Shown: positions 40,324-51,115, counted from the first letter of the stretch. The stretch: DNA of 64,000 bases from Candidatus Latescibacterota bacterium (GCA_965248755.1 OZ252149.1:960001-1024000), one strand, 5' to 3'. Numbers and translations: made by a program. The notes: a model not told the origin generated them from the letters alone.

Positions 40324-42111
40324 CTATATGCTGTCTACTGTTTTGATGAATATCTCCTCGATATTATGCAGATAGCCGCCGTATGCCGTCGGCTTCAGAT
40401 TTCCAAATTTGTTTCTAACCGCCATCAAGCTGGCGGGACTAGCTGTGTAGATCATCGGAAGTTGCTCTGACACTATCACCTGCCAGTGATCGTAAAGCTC
40501 TTTCCTCTTATCTTCATCTAACTCGACGGCTCCTTTTTCGAAGATCTCATCTATCTCTTTTTCCCACTCTGTCTCAGGGGAGTCTTGCTTTGGATTCCAC
40601 ATGTGCAGATGGCCGCTTGAGTGCCAGACATTTTTGCCACCGTGAGGCTCAATACCTCCCGTCAGACCAAGGATTATGGCGTCGAAGTCGAACGTGGCGT
40701 CTATACGGATCACTAACGAATTGAAAAGGATAGCGGCGTAGTTCACCTTCATACCTATCTTCTTGAGATCGTCCTGTATTATCAGTGCGATGTCCTCTCT
40801 GACCTGATTCCCGCTGTTAGTCAAAAGGTTGAATTCAACTGTGTTTCCATCTTCATCCTCTATCCATCCATCGCCGTCCCTGTCCTCATATCCCGCCTCT
40901 TCAAGGATAGCTTTAGCCTTTGAAAGATCGTATTCATATTTCTTCGTGTTGGGATTAGAGAAGAACTTCGCGGCCTCCGACACAGGGGAGTCCTGAGGAT
41001 AGCCTAGGCCGTTCATCACGCTTGAAATTACCGTCTCCTTATCCACAGCGTGAGCCACAGCCCTGCGGAAGTTTATATCAGTAAACCACTTCAGTTTATG
41101 AGGCTGGACAAACCACTCTCCTTCATTATCCCTCCTTGAATTGTGATTGAAAAACACAAAGTTGGAGCCGAACGTGGGTCCTGCGTTGTAAATGGTGAAA
41201 TTACCCTCCTGTTCCTTCGGCTTTAGTAGAGGAAAATCCTGACCCCTTAACCGCAATCCATCTAGCTCCCCCGCCTGAAACTTCAACACCTGTATAGCCT
41301 GATTCGGAACGGTAAGGATCACTATTTGATCTAAATAAGGGAGTCTGTTCCCTTTTGTATCTTTCTTCCAGTAATTTGGGTTCCTCTCCAATATCACGTG
41401 CTGACCGGGCTTGAACTCCTTTAACTTGAACGGACCTGTCCCTATTATCTGAGATGGGGGGGTGTCTATCCCCCAGGTGGAGTTGAATCTCCCCTCCTCG
41501 ACCGACTTTTCGAGAACATGCTGTGGCATTATCTCCGTGCCGATAGACCTCAGAAAAGGAGCAAAGGGTTTAGGAGTCGTTATTCTCACCGTATAGTCGT
41601 CCACCTTTTCGACCTTAAAGAACTCCCCCTCAATGTTGAGAATGTCCCTTGCACTTGTAGGAATGTCCTCATTGTATATCAAACTGTTGAACGTAAATAC
41701 CACGTCATCCGCAGTCAGCGGCTCCCCGTCGAACCACTCAACGTCTCTCCTTAAATGAAACGTCCAGGTCTTCTTATCCTCCGCCACCTCCCACGACTCC
41801 GCAAGGGAAGGCTCAACCTCCGTAGTTACCCCATCCACAGTCGTAAGCCCCTCAAACATATAACCCGTGATGCCGGTGGTCGAGGTCTCCTTAGCTATTA
41901 CTGCATTAAAAGACTTGGGATCAGAGATAGTTGAGTAGGTAATCTTCCCTCTATATCTCCCAATCTGTGTCTTTAGCATCTCCTGCTCTGTCGTCTTTTT
42001 GTCAGAACGTTCGCTGCTAACTGCCCCTTTCGATGCCTCCTTGTCTGTTCCTGAGCACGATAGGAGGACAACATACCAGAATAATGCAAAAATCAAATAT
42101 CTGAAGCTCAT
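40324..42111 (-). CDS. ABC transporter substrate-binding lipoprotein, family 5 (OppA/DppA)
   Basis: Lipobox LLSC; DPKSFN, LAESW, TFHLR...DG.PLTADDVVFT and GTGPF motifs. Confidence 0.92.
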   Translation of the reverse strand: MSFRYLIFALFWYVVLLSCSGTDKEASKGAVSSERSDKKTTEQEMLKTQIGRYRGKITYSTISDPKSFNAVIAKETSTTGITGYMFEGLTTVDGVTTEVEPSLAESWEVAEDKKTWTFHLRRDVEWFDGEPLTADDVVFTFNSLIYNEDIPTSARDILNIEGEFFKVEKVDDYTVRITTPKPFAPFLRSIGTEIMPQHVLEKSVEEGRFNSTWGIDTPPSQIIGTGPFKLKEFKPGQHVILERNPNYWKKDTKGNRLPYLDQIVILTVPNQAIQVLKFQAGELDGLRLRGQDFPLLKPKEQEGNFTIYNAGPTFGSNFVFFNHNSRRDNEGEWFVQPHKLKWFTDINFRRAVAHAVDKETVISSVMNGLGYPQDSPVSEAAKFFSNPNTKKYEYDLSKAKAILEEAGYEDRDGDGWIEDEDGNTVEFNLLTNSGNQVREDIALIIQDDLKKIGMKVNYAAILFNSLVIRIDATFDFDAIILGLTGGIEPHGGKNVWHSSGHLHMWNPKQDSPETEWEKEIDEIFEKGAVELDEDKRKELYDHWQVIVSEQLPMIYTASPASLMAVRNKFGNLKPTAYGGYLHNIEEIFIKTVDSI

Positions 42112-42142
42112 TTTATCGTATCTCCGCTACGCTGTATTTCGT

Positions 42143-43105
42143 TCAATCTATAAGGCAATCTGAATTTCGTGATTCAGACTGCGGCTGAAGCCCTGCGGGA
42201 GTCCGCTGTAAATTCCACTTCTGGCTTCCATATTTTTTGGAGGACAGGATCTCAGCCACTTGGAACTCATCTGACGTAGGCTCTTCACATATCATCTCAA
42301 CATCCAGATGCTCTTCAAAGCCCCTCTTAAGGGCGCAGCCAAGCTGATCGAAACCTATCCGGGAAGATGAAATCTCAGAGAGACTAACTGTCGTTCTGTC
42401 CAGTTCCTCTTTTAGATCTGTTTTGAACTTATCAGAATCCCTCCGGAGAATCTCCGATATAGCCTTGTGAGCAGGTCCCATCAATATAGAACCGTGTTGA
42501 AGCATTGTATTTTTTACTCTTCGCTGTGCGCTCCCCACAAGCTTCCTGCCCCCAACTGTAATCTCATATTTAGAGGCACTGGCAAAACAGGCTGTGCGTC
42601 CACTGCGAAACGATGTCACCATATTCCTGCGGCCTGAAGAACTCACACATTCGAACTCGGCCGGTATTCCTATACTTCTAAGAGCCAAGAGCAGACACTG
42701 GCTTATCACTTTATAGACGCTCTCTAAGCTTCCCTCTATGCGGTGATGGTCTTTAAAGGGTCCGCCAAAACGTATCGAACAACTTTGTCCTATATGACCG
42801 CTTGGGGAAAGAGGGGCGATAACACTGTACGTAAGTTCCTCCCAGTGTAAGACAGCCCTTCCACCCGTTATCCGTCTAACTATGTCTATCCCCATCTTTT
42901 TGCATCTTTCTAACTCGATCTTTCTGTCCACAGGCTGAGCGTACCCGAAGGACACGGCCGGAGGGTTCCATCTATAGACGCGAAGGGTCGGAGGAGATTT
43001 GCCCTTCCGCACCGAGCTCAGGATCGCCTCATCTAAAGCCATATTAAAAAAGGCGTCTCCCGGACCTGTATTTAGGAAACGCCATCTGTTATCTTTACCA
43101 TCCAC
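42143..43105 (-). CDS. Lipoate-protein ligase A / LipM-like octanoyltransferase
   Basis: NMALDEA, RRITGGRAVLH, KLVGSAQ and QHGSI motifs. Confidence 0.9.
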   Translation of the reverse strand: MDGKDNRWRFLNTGPGDAFFNMALDEAILSSVRKGKSPPTLRVYRWNPPAVSFGYAQPVDRKIELERCKKMGIDIVRRITGGRAVLHWEELTYSVIAPLSPSGHIGQSCSIRFGGPFKDHHRIEGSLESVYKVISQCLLLALRSIGIPAEFECVSSSGRRNMVTSFRSGRTACFASASKYEITVGGRKLVGSAQRRVKNTMLQHGSILMGPAHKAISEILRRDSDKFKTDLKEELDRTTVSLSEISSSRIGFDQLGCALKRGFEEHLDVEMICEEPTSDEFQVAEILSSKKYGSQKWNLQRTPAGLQPQSESRNSDCLID

Positions 43106-43192
43106 TGTTGAGCAGGCAGTAGACAGGGGAATCCCTCCTATCCCTCTATGCTGTCTATCGTTTGCCGTCTACTGTACATTAAAGAGGTTCTA

Positions 43193-43984
43193 TTATTGGC
43201 CATCAGATTCTTTGAAAGCCCCCAATTTCTTGAGAGCCTCTTTGGCCGCTCTTTGCTCGGCCTGTTTTTTGCTTTTGCCTGTCCCTTTTCCCAGGCCTGT
43301 GCTCTCAAGGCTCACCTCGATCGTAAAGATCTTTTGGTGATCTGGTCCCTCCTCAGAGTTGACGCTGTATTCGGGCTGCCCGCGCCCATTTTTTTGAGCG
43401 TGCTCCAGAAGAGAGCTCTTGAAATTGACGTATTTGTCGTCAGAAGCGATCTCTTGGATCTTGCTGAGTATCTGGTTTGAAATAAATCGTCGAGCGCTGT
43501 CCAATCCCCCGTCTGTGTATATAGCCCCGAGTAGGGCCTCGTAGGCATCGCTTATTATTGAAGTTCTCTCTCTCCCGCCTGATGCTTCCTCTTCAGGGCT
43601 TAACAGTACGTAGGCTCCAAGATTTATCTTTCTTGCCTTGCGTGCCAGGATAGTTTTGCTCACCATCAAAGACTTTATCTGAGTTAGCTCTCCTTCGCGC
43701 TTTTGAGGGAAATTCTGATGGAGATATTCTGTGACGACCAGGTTCAGCACTGCATCCCCTAGAAACTCCAGCCTCTCATTGGAATCTATGCCGTCTTCCT
43801 CCTTGAAGTAGACATACGAGCGGTGCTTCAAGGATCGAATCAAGAGACCTATATCCTGAAACTGATAATCTATAATCGTCTGTACATCAAAAAGCATAGC
43901 CTCAAGATCTTTCTCATCCAGGGAAAACTTCCTCAGAATACCCCTGGGGATTATCCTCTTGAGCGATCGTATTAAATTCATCAC
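43193..43984 (-). CDS. rnc: Ribonuclease III
   Basis: NERLEFLGDAVL and SDAYEALLGAIY motifs; dsRBD. Confidence 0.96.
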   Translation of the reverse strand: MMNLIRSLKRIIPRGILRKFSLDEKDLEAMLFDVQTIIDYQFQDIGLLIRSLKHRSYVYFKEEDGIDSNERLEFLGDAVLNLVVTEYLHQNFPQKREGELTQIKSLMVSKTILARKARKINLGAYVLLSPEEEASGGRERTSIISDAYEALLGAIYTDGGLDSARRFISNQILSKIQEIASDDKYVNFKSSLLEHAQKNGRGQPEYSVNSEEGPDHQKIFTIEVSLESTGLGKGTGKSKKQAEQRAAKEALKKLGAFKESDGQ

Positions 43985-44062
43985 GTAAGCACAACCACGC
44001 AGGGCATAGAATCGAGGTCGGTCGTCACGAAGGTTCTGGCGGCTGTGACTTGGCCTTTAACT

Positions 44063-45316
44063 CTAACCTTTCTCATTCTTGAACCGCCCTACAGCGATCA
44101 CCGCGTTGTGTCCGCCAAATCCGAAGGAATTGTTCAAAGCCACCTTTACATCCAAAGATCTGGCCTTGTTCGGCACATAATCAAGGTCGCAGTCAGGGTC
44201 TCTATATTCATGATTGATTGTGGGAGGCACAATTGAGTGGTAGATGGACAATGCGCAGGCTATCATCTCAACTGCGCCTGAGGCTCCTAAAAGATGACCC
44301 GTCATCGATTTTGTGGAACTTGCAGCAAGCTTGTAAGCGTGTTCCCTAAATAGCATCTTTATCGCCTTGGTCTCGTTCCTGTCCCCTACGTCGGTCGACG
44401 TCCCGTGTGTGTTGATGTAATCCACGTCCTCAGGCGAAAGTCCAGCGTCCTCTATGGCCAGCTTCATCGCCCGTGCTCCGCCCTCGCCGTCGGGAGCCAT
44501 CGCCGTTTCGTGATAAGCATCAGCCGTAAACCCTATCCCTAGGATCTCTCCGTAGATCGTGGCTCCTCTCCCTACTGCGTGCTCCAGACTCTCAAGGATC
44601 ATAGTCCCTGCTCCCTCTCCTATCACGAAACCGTCCCTTTGGGAATCGAATGGCCTGCTGGCTTTCTGGGGCTCATCGTTCCTGGTAGACAGGGCCCTCA
44701 TTGCCGCGAAGCCCCCTACTCCCATTGGAGTTACCGCCGCTTCGGCTCCTCCCGTTATCATCACGTCTGCCTCTCCTCTTTTGATTGTCCTGAAGGAATC
44801 ACCTATGGCGTGAGCCGCAGATGAGCAGGCCGACGTAGTTGTGTAGTTTACACCCTTGGCTCCTAACAATATGGAGATCATCCCGGATGACATATCTGAT
44901 ATGAGCATGGGGATGAAAAACGGGCTTATTCTCCTTGGCCCTTTTTCCAGGAAATTGCAGTGTTGCTTCTCCAGGGTTGTGATCCCGCCAATTCCCGATC
45001 CGTAGATTACGCCAACTCTTTCCGGGTTATTTCCTCTTATATCGAGCTTTGCGTCCTCCACAGCATCTAAAGCGGAGCAGACAGCATACTGGGTGAAGGG
45101 ATCCATTCTCCGTGCGCGTTTCTTATCCAGATAGAGATGAGGATCAAATTCCTTAAGTTCACCGGCGATCTTGGATGGGTATTCCGAAGTGTCGAACTTG
45201 GTGATCTTATCTATCCCGCTTACACCCCCACAGATGGACTTCCAGAACTCATCAACAGAAAGACCATTAGGCGCAAGTACACCCATGCCTGTTATTACCA
45301 CTCTCTTGGGATCCAA
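44063..45316 (-). CDS. fabF: 3-oxoacyl-ACP synthase II
   Basis: RVVITGMG, SACSS, THGTST, GHLLGA and NSFGFGG motifs. Confidence 0.96.
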   Translation of the reverse strand: MDPKRVVITGMGVLAPNGLSVDEFWKSICGGVSGIDKITKFDTSEYPSKIAGELKEFDPHLYLDKKRARRMDPFTQYAVCSALDAVEDAKLDIRGNNPERVGVIYGSGIGGITTLEKQHCNFLEKGPRRISPFFIPMLISDMSSGMISILLGAKGVNYTTTSACSSAAHAIGDSFRTIKRGEADVMITGGAEAAVTPMGVGGFAAMRALSTRNDEPQKASRPFDSQRDGFVIGEGAGTMILESLEHAVGRGATIYGEILGIGFTADAYHETAMAPDGEGGARAMKLAIEDAGLSPEDVDYINTHGTSTDVGDRNETKAIKMLFREHAYKLAASSTKSMTGHLLGASGAVEMIACALSIYHSIVPPTINHEYRDPDCDLDYVPNKARSLDVKVALNNSFGFGGHNAVIAVGRFKNEKG

Positions 45317-45428
45317 AGTCCTCTCCCCTTAGAACAGGTAGACACTAGATAGTAGCAAGAGCACCTCCTGCCCTTCTCTAGGGCACCTCCTGCCCCTTTC
45401 TACTATTAGCTGGCTACTGATCTGGCCG

Positions 45429-45659
45429 TCAATGGCTCTCTAAATACCCTATCGCATCTCCTACAGTTACCATTTTCTCAGCGTCCTCGTCGGGTATTTC
45501 CAAGTCAAACTCCTCCTCAAACGCCATTACTAATTCCACCGTATCCAGTGAATCTGCTCCAAGATCGTCGATAAAGGATGCATCTTCTGCGACCTGTTCG
45601 GGGCTTACGCCTAATTGTTCAACCACAAGATCCACTATTTTTTCCTTAATCGACGCCAT
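45429..45659 (-). CDS. acpP: Acyl carrier protein
   Basis: [12 protein letters not shown]. Confidence 0.97.
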   Translation of the reverse strand: MASIKEKIVDLVVEQLGVSPEQVAEDASFIDDLGADSLDTVELVMAFEEEFDLEIPDEDAEKMVTVGDAIGYLESH

Positions 45660-45734
45660 AGGTCCCTCCTTTTAAAATTAGTAGACAGAGACCGGGCATC
45701 CTCTCCTCCGACCTGCTATCTACCTATCTACTGT

Positions 45735-46490
45735 TTACATAATCATCCCGCCGTCCACGTTTATCACCTGCCCTGTTATATACGACGAACCCTCTGACGC
45801 CAAGAATGCCACCACCTCAGCTACATCTTCCGGCTTTCCTGGACGCCCAATCGGTATCTTATCTATAAAAGACTTATTAACTTCCTCGGGGAGACAAGAG
45901 GTCATTCTGGTCTCTATATGTCCGGGCGCAACAGCATTTGCTGTGATGCCCCTTGTTGCAACCTCCTTAGCTGTGGTCTTGGTAAGACCTATAATCCCCG
46001 CTTTTGACGCTACATAGTTGGACTGTCCGGGATTCCCGGAAAGTCCAACGACAGAAGTTATATTTATTATCCTGCCGTACTTAGCCCTCATCATCTGTTT
46101 CAGGGACGCCTTGGTGCAGCTGAAAGCCCCTTTGAGATTAACATCGATTACCCTATCCCAATCCTCTTCCTTCATCCTCACTATCAGACTGTCGCTTGTA
46201 ATTCCTGCATTGTTTACAAGTATGTGAAGTCCACCGAGCGCCTCAACACTCCTTTCTACAAACTCTCCTACCTGCTGGGGATCCGATACGTCCACCTGCA
46301 TAGCCAGAGAATTTACACCTACAGATCTTATCTCTAAAGACACCTGTTGAGCCTTATCCACACTCTGGCTTGAGCATACTGCTACATCTGCACCCTCCTT
46401 AGATAGCCGGATCGCCACAGCTTTGCCTATCCCCATGGAACCACCTGTGACTATAGCCTTTTTGCCTTTCAATCTATCCTTGCATATCAT
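45735..46490 (-). CDS. fabG: 3-oxoacyl-ACP reductase
   Basis: TGGSMGIG, NNAGIT, YVASK and VDGGM motifs. Confidence 0.95.
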   Translation of the reverse strand: MICKDRLKGKKAIVTGGSMGIGKAVAIRLSKEGADVAVCSSQSVDKAQQVSLEIRSVGVNSLAMQVDVSDPQQVGEFVERSVEALGGLHILVNNAGITSDSLIVRMKEEDWDRVIDVNLKGAFSCTKASLKQMMRAKYGRIINITSVVGLSGNPGQSNYVASKAGIIGLTKTTAKEVATRGITANAVAPGHIETRMTSCLPEEVNKSFIDKIPIGRPGKPEDVAEVVAFLASEGSSYITGQVINVDGGMIM

Positions 46491-46491
46491 C

Positions 46492-47499
46492 TTATGCCTG
46501 GAACTGGATCGTTTTAGCGACAGAATTCCGCTTCGTGTCTCCTCTAGTGGTACGATTGCTTCGCGTTGTTTGAACTGACGATATAAATTCCTTTATTTGC
46601 TCTCTATCTCCCAGTGCGATTGTCTCAACACTCTTATCGATTCGTCTTAAAAGCCCCACCAACACATGACCTGGCCCTACTTCAGCCATACTTGTGATTC
46701 CAGATGAAATTATGCTTATCATGGAGTCCGACCATCGCACAGGACTCGTCAACTGCTCGACTAAAAGCCCTCTGATCTCTTCAGGATCTTTTTCAAAATC
46801 CCCGGTCACATTTGCCACAAACGGGACTTCGGGTTCTGATAACTTAATCTGCGACAGTGCCTTTTCCATTCCACTTTTGGCGCTAGACATCAACTCTGAA
46901 TGGAACGCTCCACTGACCTCCAGTTCGACTGCTCTTTTTGCCCCTTTTTGTTTGGCTATCTCCATCGCTCTTTTAACAGCCCGCGCCTCCCCTGAAATAG
47001 CCATCTGCCCTGGACAGTTAAAGTTAGCTGCCCCAACAATTCCCTCTTCTGAAGCTTGCCGGCACACTAAAACTGCATCCTCAAAAGAGAGTCCTATTAT
47101 CGCTGCCATCGTCCCCGGACGTTTCTCGCCCGCCTCCTGCATGAGCCTTCCGCGCAGCCCTACTAAACTTAGAGCGTCAGGCAATTCCAAAGCTCCAGCG
47201 GCAAAGAGAGCCGAATATTCTCCCAGACTGTGCCCGGCTACCGACGAAGGCTTTACACCTTTGCCTTTCAGAATAAGGACTGCCGCCGCGCTGTGCACAA
47301 ATATGGCCGGCTGGGTGTATTTTGTCTGCCTTAAATCCTCCTGTGGTCCCTCAAACGATAACTTCTTTACATCGAATTCCAGTATCTCTTCGGCCCGGTC
47401 GTAGATCTTTTTAGCGACATCAAAGCTTTCGTAGAGATCCTTCCCCATCCCCACAGACTGCGAGCCCTGACCGGGGAATATAAACGCAGGACCAACCAT
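46492..47499 (-). CDS. fabD: Malonyl-CoA:ACP transacylase
   Basis: FPGQGSQ, GHSLGE and GAFHS motifs. Confidence 0.95.
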   Translation of the reverse strand: MVGPAFIFPGQGSQSVGMGKDLYESFDVAKKIYDRAEEILEFDVKKLSFEGPQEDLRQTKYTQPAIFVHSAAAVLILKGKGVKPSSVAGHSLGEYSALFAAGALELPDALSLVGLRGRLMQEAGEKRPGTMAAIIGLSFEDAVLVCRQASEEGIVGAANFNCPGQMAISGEARAVKRAMEIAKQKGAKRAVELEVSGAFHSELMSSAKSGMEKALSQIKLSEPEVPFVANVTGDFEKDPEEIRGLLVEQLTSPVRWSDSMISIISSGITSMAEVGPGHVLVGLLRRIDKSVETIALGDREQIKEFISSVQTTRSNRTTRGDTKRNSVAKTIQFQA

Positions 47500-48627
47500 C
47501 TAATACGTCCACCTTAGAAGCACACTTCCGGCAGTATATCCTGCGCCGAAACTCGTTAAGAGTATCAGGTTACCAGCCTTAAGCCTCCCCTCTTCAACTG
47601 TCTCCGAAAGACAGATCGGTATAGTCCCACAGGTGGTATTTGCGTATTTATCTATATTTATGATTATCTTTGAGTCATCGAGTCCTATCCTCTTTACGCT
47701 GGCATCTATTATCCTTTTGTTGGCCTGATGAGGGATAAAAAGGTCAATATCCTTTCCCGTAAGACTGTTGCGGTTCAATACATCCAAAGACACCTCTATC
47801 ATTCCCTCCACAGCCGCTCTAAACAGAACTCTGCCGTCCTGGTGGACTCGGTGCATATTTCTATCTATCGTCTCGTGGGTCGGCGGATTCAGACTCCCTC
47901 CTCCGGGCATGTAGAGGAATTCTCCACCAGAGCCGTCTATGTAGAAAGAAAAATCCAAAATTCCCACCTCGGGATCGTTCGTAGGCTCCAAAAGCACAGC
48001 GCCCGCTCCATCACCAAATAGAACACAGGTAGCTCTGTCATTATAGTCAACTATGGAACTCATCTTGTCGGCGCCGACTACCATTACCTTTCTTTCCGCT
48101 CCCGTCTCCACAAACTGAGCGCCGACCATCAAAGAATATATAAAGCCGCAGCAGGCTCCCAAAAGATCGAATCCCCAGGCGTTCTTAGCCCCTATTTTGT
48201 TCTGGATGATGCAGGCAGTCGAAGGAAACATCATATCGGGAGTCACTGTGCCTACTATTATCAGTCCTATCTCGTCAGGTGATGTGCCTGTAGAATCCAA
48301 CAGGCTCTGCGCGGCCTTGACAGCCATGTAAGACGTCGGCAAGCCATCGTCCAGGATCCTCCTTTCCGAGATGCCTGTCCTTGCCTTGATCCACTCGTCA
48401 GAGGTATCCGTCACCTTCTCCAGGTCCAAGTTAGTGAGCCTTCCTTCGGGAAGATACCTTGAAACTCCTGTGATCGTTGCGTTGAATGGTTTGTCAGGGA
48501 CCCCAGAAAGGTGGTGTGGCCACTTTGACAGGGTGGGGGCAGTGGTCGAAGAGCTTTTTGGGGACAAAGAAGAATCTCCCACAGCGCCCGGTTTTTTCTT
48601 CAATCTGCTCATAACTTCCTCAAACAA
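47500..48627 (-). CDS. fabH: 3-oxoacyl-ACP synthase III (start uncertain, N-terminal extension)
   Basis: RTGISERR, GACCGF, FGDGAGA, HQAN, YANT and FGAG motifs. Confidence 0.93.
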   Translation of the reverse strand: MFEEVMSRLKKKPGAVGDSSLSPKSSSTTAPTLSKWPHHLSGVPDKPFNATITGVSRYLPEGRLTNLDLEKVTDTSDEWIKARTGISERRILDDGLPTSYMAVKAAQSLLDSTGTSPDEIGLIIVGTVTPDMMFPSTACIIQNKIGAKNAWGFDLLGACCGFIYSLMVGAQFVETGAERKVMVVGADKMSSIVDYNDRATCVLFGDGAGAVLLEPTNDPEVGILDFSFYIDGSGGEFLYMPGGGSLNPPTHETIDRNMHRVHQDGRVLFRAAVEGMIEVSLDVLNRNSLTGKDIDLFIPHQANKRIIDASVKRIGLDDSKIIINIDKYANTTCGTIPICLSETVEEGRLKAGNLILLTSFGAGYTAGSVLLRWTY

Positions 48628-48729
48628 TTAGACGGTAGCCCCCAATTGAATCTATTGGGGGTCGGAGTAGTCAGGGCACATCCTCCCTTGCCTGTATGCT
48701 GTCTGAGAGTCACAATCTCCTCGATGAGG

Positions 48730-49740
48730 CTATGCAAGCGTGTAGTGGTGATCCAACGCCTCTTTGATGTGATCGTTTATCCTTCCTTCAACTGTCCTTT
48801 TGGCGACCTTTATGGCGTTGCAGATAGCTTTTGAGGATGAACTCCCATGACATATAATCGTGACGCCGTCCACTCCTAAAAGTGGAGCCCCCCCGTATTC
48901 TTCATAGTCCATCTTCCGGCCTATCCCCTTAAAGACAGGCTTTAGAAGCAAAGCCCCAAGTTTTCTGCTCAAATTTTCGCCACTCTCCTCTTTAATCATT
49001 TGATAGAACATCCCTATGATGCTCTCTGTAAACTTGAGTATTATGTTGCCCACAAAGCCGTCGCAGACCACAACGTCCGCTGTCCCTCTCAGTATGTCCC
49101 TTCCCTCTACATTTCCTATGAAGTTGAGATCAGAGCCAGCAAGCAGATTGTGAGACTTGATTGTAAGCTCATTCCCCTTGGAACTCTCCTCTCCGATGTT
49201 CAAAAGCCCCACCTTCGGAGCTTGGATACCGAGTGCACAGTCCACGTACACACTGCCCATAACAGCGAACTGTAAAAGGTTGCCAGGTTTACACTGCAAG
49301 TTTGCTCCCACGTCAAGGACCAGGCACGGCTTTCCCTTTTCTGTAGGGAAGACGCTTGCAATAGCAGGTCTCCTTACATGCTTGAGAGATCCAAGTTCTC
49401 CTAAGGAAAAGCCCACGGCCGCCCCTGTGTTCCCTGCGCTTATAACCGCCTCGACTTCCCCTTTTTTGGCAAGCGCCATTGCAACAGCTATGGATGAATC
49501 CCTCTTCCTCCTTAGAGCGTGGCTGGGGGACTCGTGCATCTGGACGACCTCTCCAGCGTGAACAATAGAAATATTGTCCACGTCTGGGAACTTGGAAAGT
49601 TCTCCTTCTAAAATATCCCTGTCCCCTGTCAGTACTATCCCAAGGTCATCCGTATCCGCCGCTTGCAAGGCTTCCACTACACCTTTGATCTGGGCATTAG
49701 GAGCCTTGTCCCCTCCTGCTGTGTCTACGGCGATTCTCAT
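48730..49740 (-). CDS. plsX: Phosphate acyltransferase
   Basis: IAVDTAGGD, SAGNTGA, DVGAN, DGFVGN and GGAPLLG motifs. Confidence 0.95.
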   Translation of the reverse strand: MRIAVDTAGGDKAPNAQIKGVVEALQAADTDDLGIVLTGDRDILEGELSKFPDVDNISIVHAGEVVQMHESPSHALRRKRDSSIAVAMALAKKGEVEAVISAGNTGAAVGFSLGELGSLKHVRRPAIASVFPTEKGKPCLVLDVGANLQCKPGNLLQFAVMGSVYVDCALGIQAPKVGLLNIGEESSKGNELTIKSHNLLAGSDLNFIGNVEGRDILRGTADVVVCDGFVGNIILKFTESIIGMFYQMIKEESGENLSRKLGALLLKPVFKGIGRKMDYEEYGGAPLLGVDGVTIICHGSSSSKAICNAIKVAKRTVEGRINDHIKEALDHHYTLA

Positions 49741-49777
49741 AACTTCTCTATCTATCCTATAATTCGTGACACTAGTC

Positions 49778-49960
49778 TTAGGCCTCTTCGACCTTCACTA
49801 TCTCTCGTTCGTTATAGTATCCACAGCTATGACAGATCCTGTGAGGGAGCTTAGGTTGATGACAGTGCGGACATTCAACTAACATCGGCCGCGAGAGCTT
49901 CCAGTTAGCTCGCCTCTTATCTCTTCTGGATCTAGATTGTCTTCTCTTAGGTAGGGCCAA
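49778..49960 (-). CDS. rpmF: 50S ribosomal protein L32
   Basis: MALPKRRQSRSRRDKRR...CPHC...HRICHSCG; SD AAGGAGG. Confidence 0.96.
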   Translation of the reverse strand: MALPKRRQSRSRRDKRRANWKLSRPMLVECPHCHQPKLPHRICHSCGYYNEREIVKVEEA

Positions 49961-50586
49961 TTGTTTTTCGCCTCCTTGCTGTTATGTTTCTGGGAACTAT
50001 CAATCCATTTTCCCAAAATATCTCTATTTATAAGTTTAGTATGATTGGATTCGGCCAGTTCGTATGCACCTTTTGTAAAATAATTATTCGTAACCACCAT
50101 AGATGCATTGCACCCATACTCCTTAATTCCGCCCACTGCGTCACTTACAGCATTTCTTGGAACAGGTGTGGCTTGTCGCTTGGCCTGAATGGAGTACTTT
50201 TTGCCGTCCTTCTTGGCCACAAGATCGACACCTTTATCTCCAGGACGGCCTGTAAGTAAAACGCCACTATAGCCCTGATGTCGAAGAAGATGCCCTACGT
50301 ATTCTGGAAACTCTTTACGTCCATCCATGTTATCTACATCCGCTATCCGAAGTGCTTGAATACGTTGTTTTTCATCGAACCTGAGAGAAAAACTTCTGAT
50401 TGTAAATATCACGTATACTGGCAATACTAGTAATGCTGGTAGCCCTTTAAGTCTGGTCCTCTGTCCTGAGTAGTATACGTCAAGCGTGAAATCTTTCATG
50501 ATTTTAAACAAGATTAGTATTAATACTGGTACTATTATTAGTTCCACTCTCCATTTTCCCCTTATTAGTGTAACGCCAAATCTCAA
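49879..50586 (-). CDS. Membrane-anchored Mrr-like restriction endonuclease (start uncertain)
   Basis: N-terminal TM segments; MDGRKEF.EYV, GDKGVDL, IQAKR and VVTNNYFT motifs. Confidence 0.82.
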   Translation of the reverse strand: MRFGVTLIRGKWRVELIIVPVLILILFKIMKDFTLDVYYSGQRTRLKGLPALLVLPVYVIFTIRSFSLRFDEKQRIQALRIADVDNMDGRKEFPEYVGHLLRHQGYSGVLLTGRPGDKGVDLVAKKDGKKYSIQAKRQATPVPRNAVSDAVGGIKEYGCNASMVVTNNYFTKGAYELAESNHTKLINRDILGKWIDSSQKHNSKEAKNNWPYLREDNLDPEEIRGELTGSSRGRC

Positions 50587-50599
50587 GAGCCATCCGAAT

Positions 50600-51115
50600 T
50601 TAGAGATTTACCTTTAGCTGAGCAAGAGCCTCCCATCTGGGATCTATCTTGGTATGATCGCATCTGCAGGGTCCCTCGTTCAGATTCGCCCCGCACAGAT
50701 GGCACAGCCCAGCGCAATCGGAAGAACACAGTGGCTTGCTCGGCACATCCAACAAGATGGCGTCCCTTATCACCGCCTTCAAGTCGATGTAAGTATCATC
50801 GAATCCTATAGTGATAACCTCGCTGTCCTCCAACTGATCTTCAGAGCGTGCCTCTTTTTCCCTCTGGAAGATCGCGCTGAATTGAGGGGCGATCTGGGAC
50901 TCAAACTCCTCTAAGCAGCGGCAGCATGACATCATAGCCATCGAGATTACGGATCCATCTACAAAGAAGGAGTTAGAACTTTTGCCTATCGTCAATTTTA
51001 CGGTCACAGGATCCATGAACCCTACGTCCTCATCCGTCAATTCCAAGCTCAGAGCCTTGGCCTTCAACTCCAGTCTATTGATCCCTTCCTCCAGCTCCTT
51101 CATCTCAATTTGCAT
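50600..51115 (-). CDS. yceD: DUF177/YceD family protein
   Basis: CCRCL, KPLCSSDCAGLC and DPRWEAL motifs. Confidence 0.9.
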   Translation of the reverse strand: MQIEMKELEEGINRLELKAKALSLELTDEDVGFMDPVTVKLTIGKSSNSFFVDGSVISMAMMSCCRCLEEFESQIAPQFSAIFQREKEARSEDQLEDSEVITIGFDDTYIDLKAVIRDAILLDVPSKPLCSSDCAGLCHLCGANLNEGPCRCDHTKIDPRWEALAQLKVNL

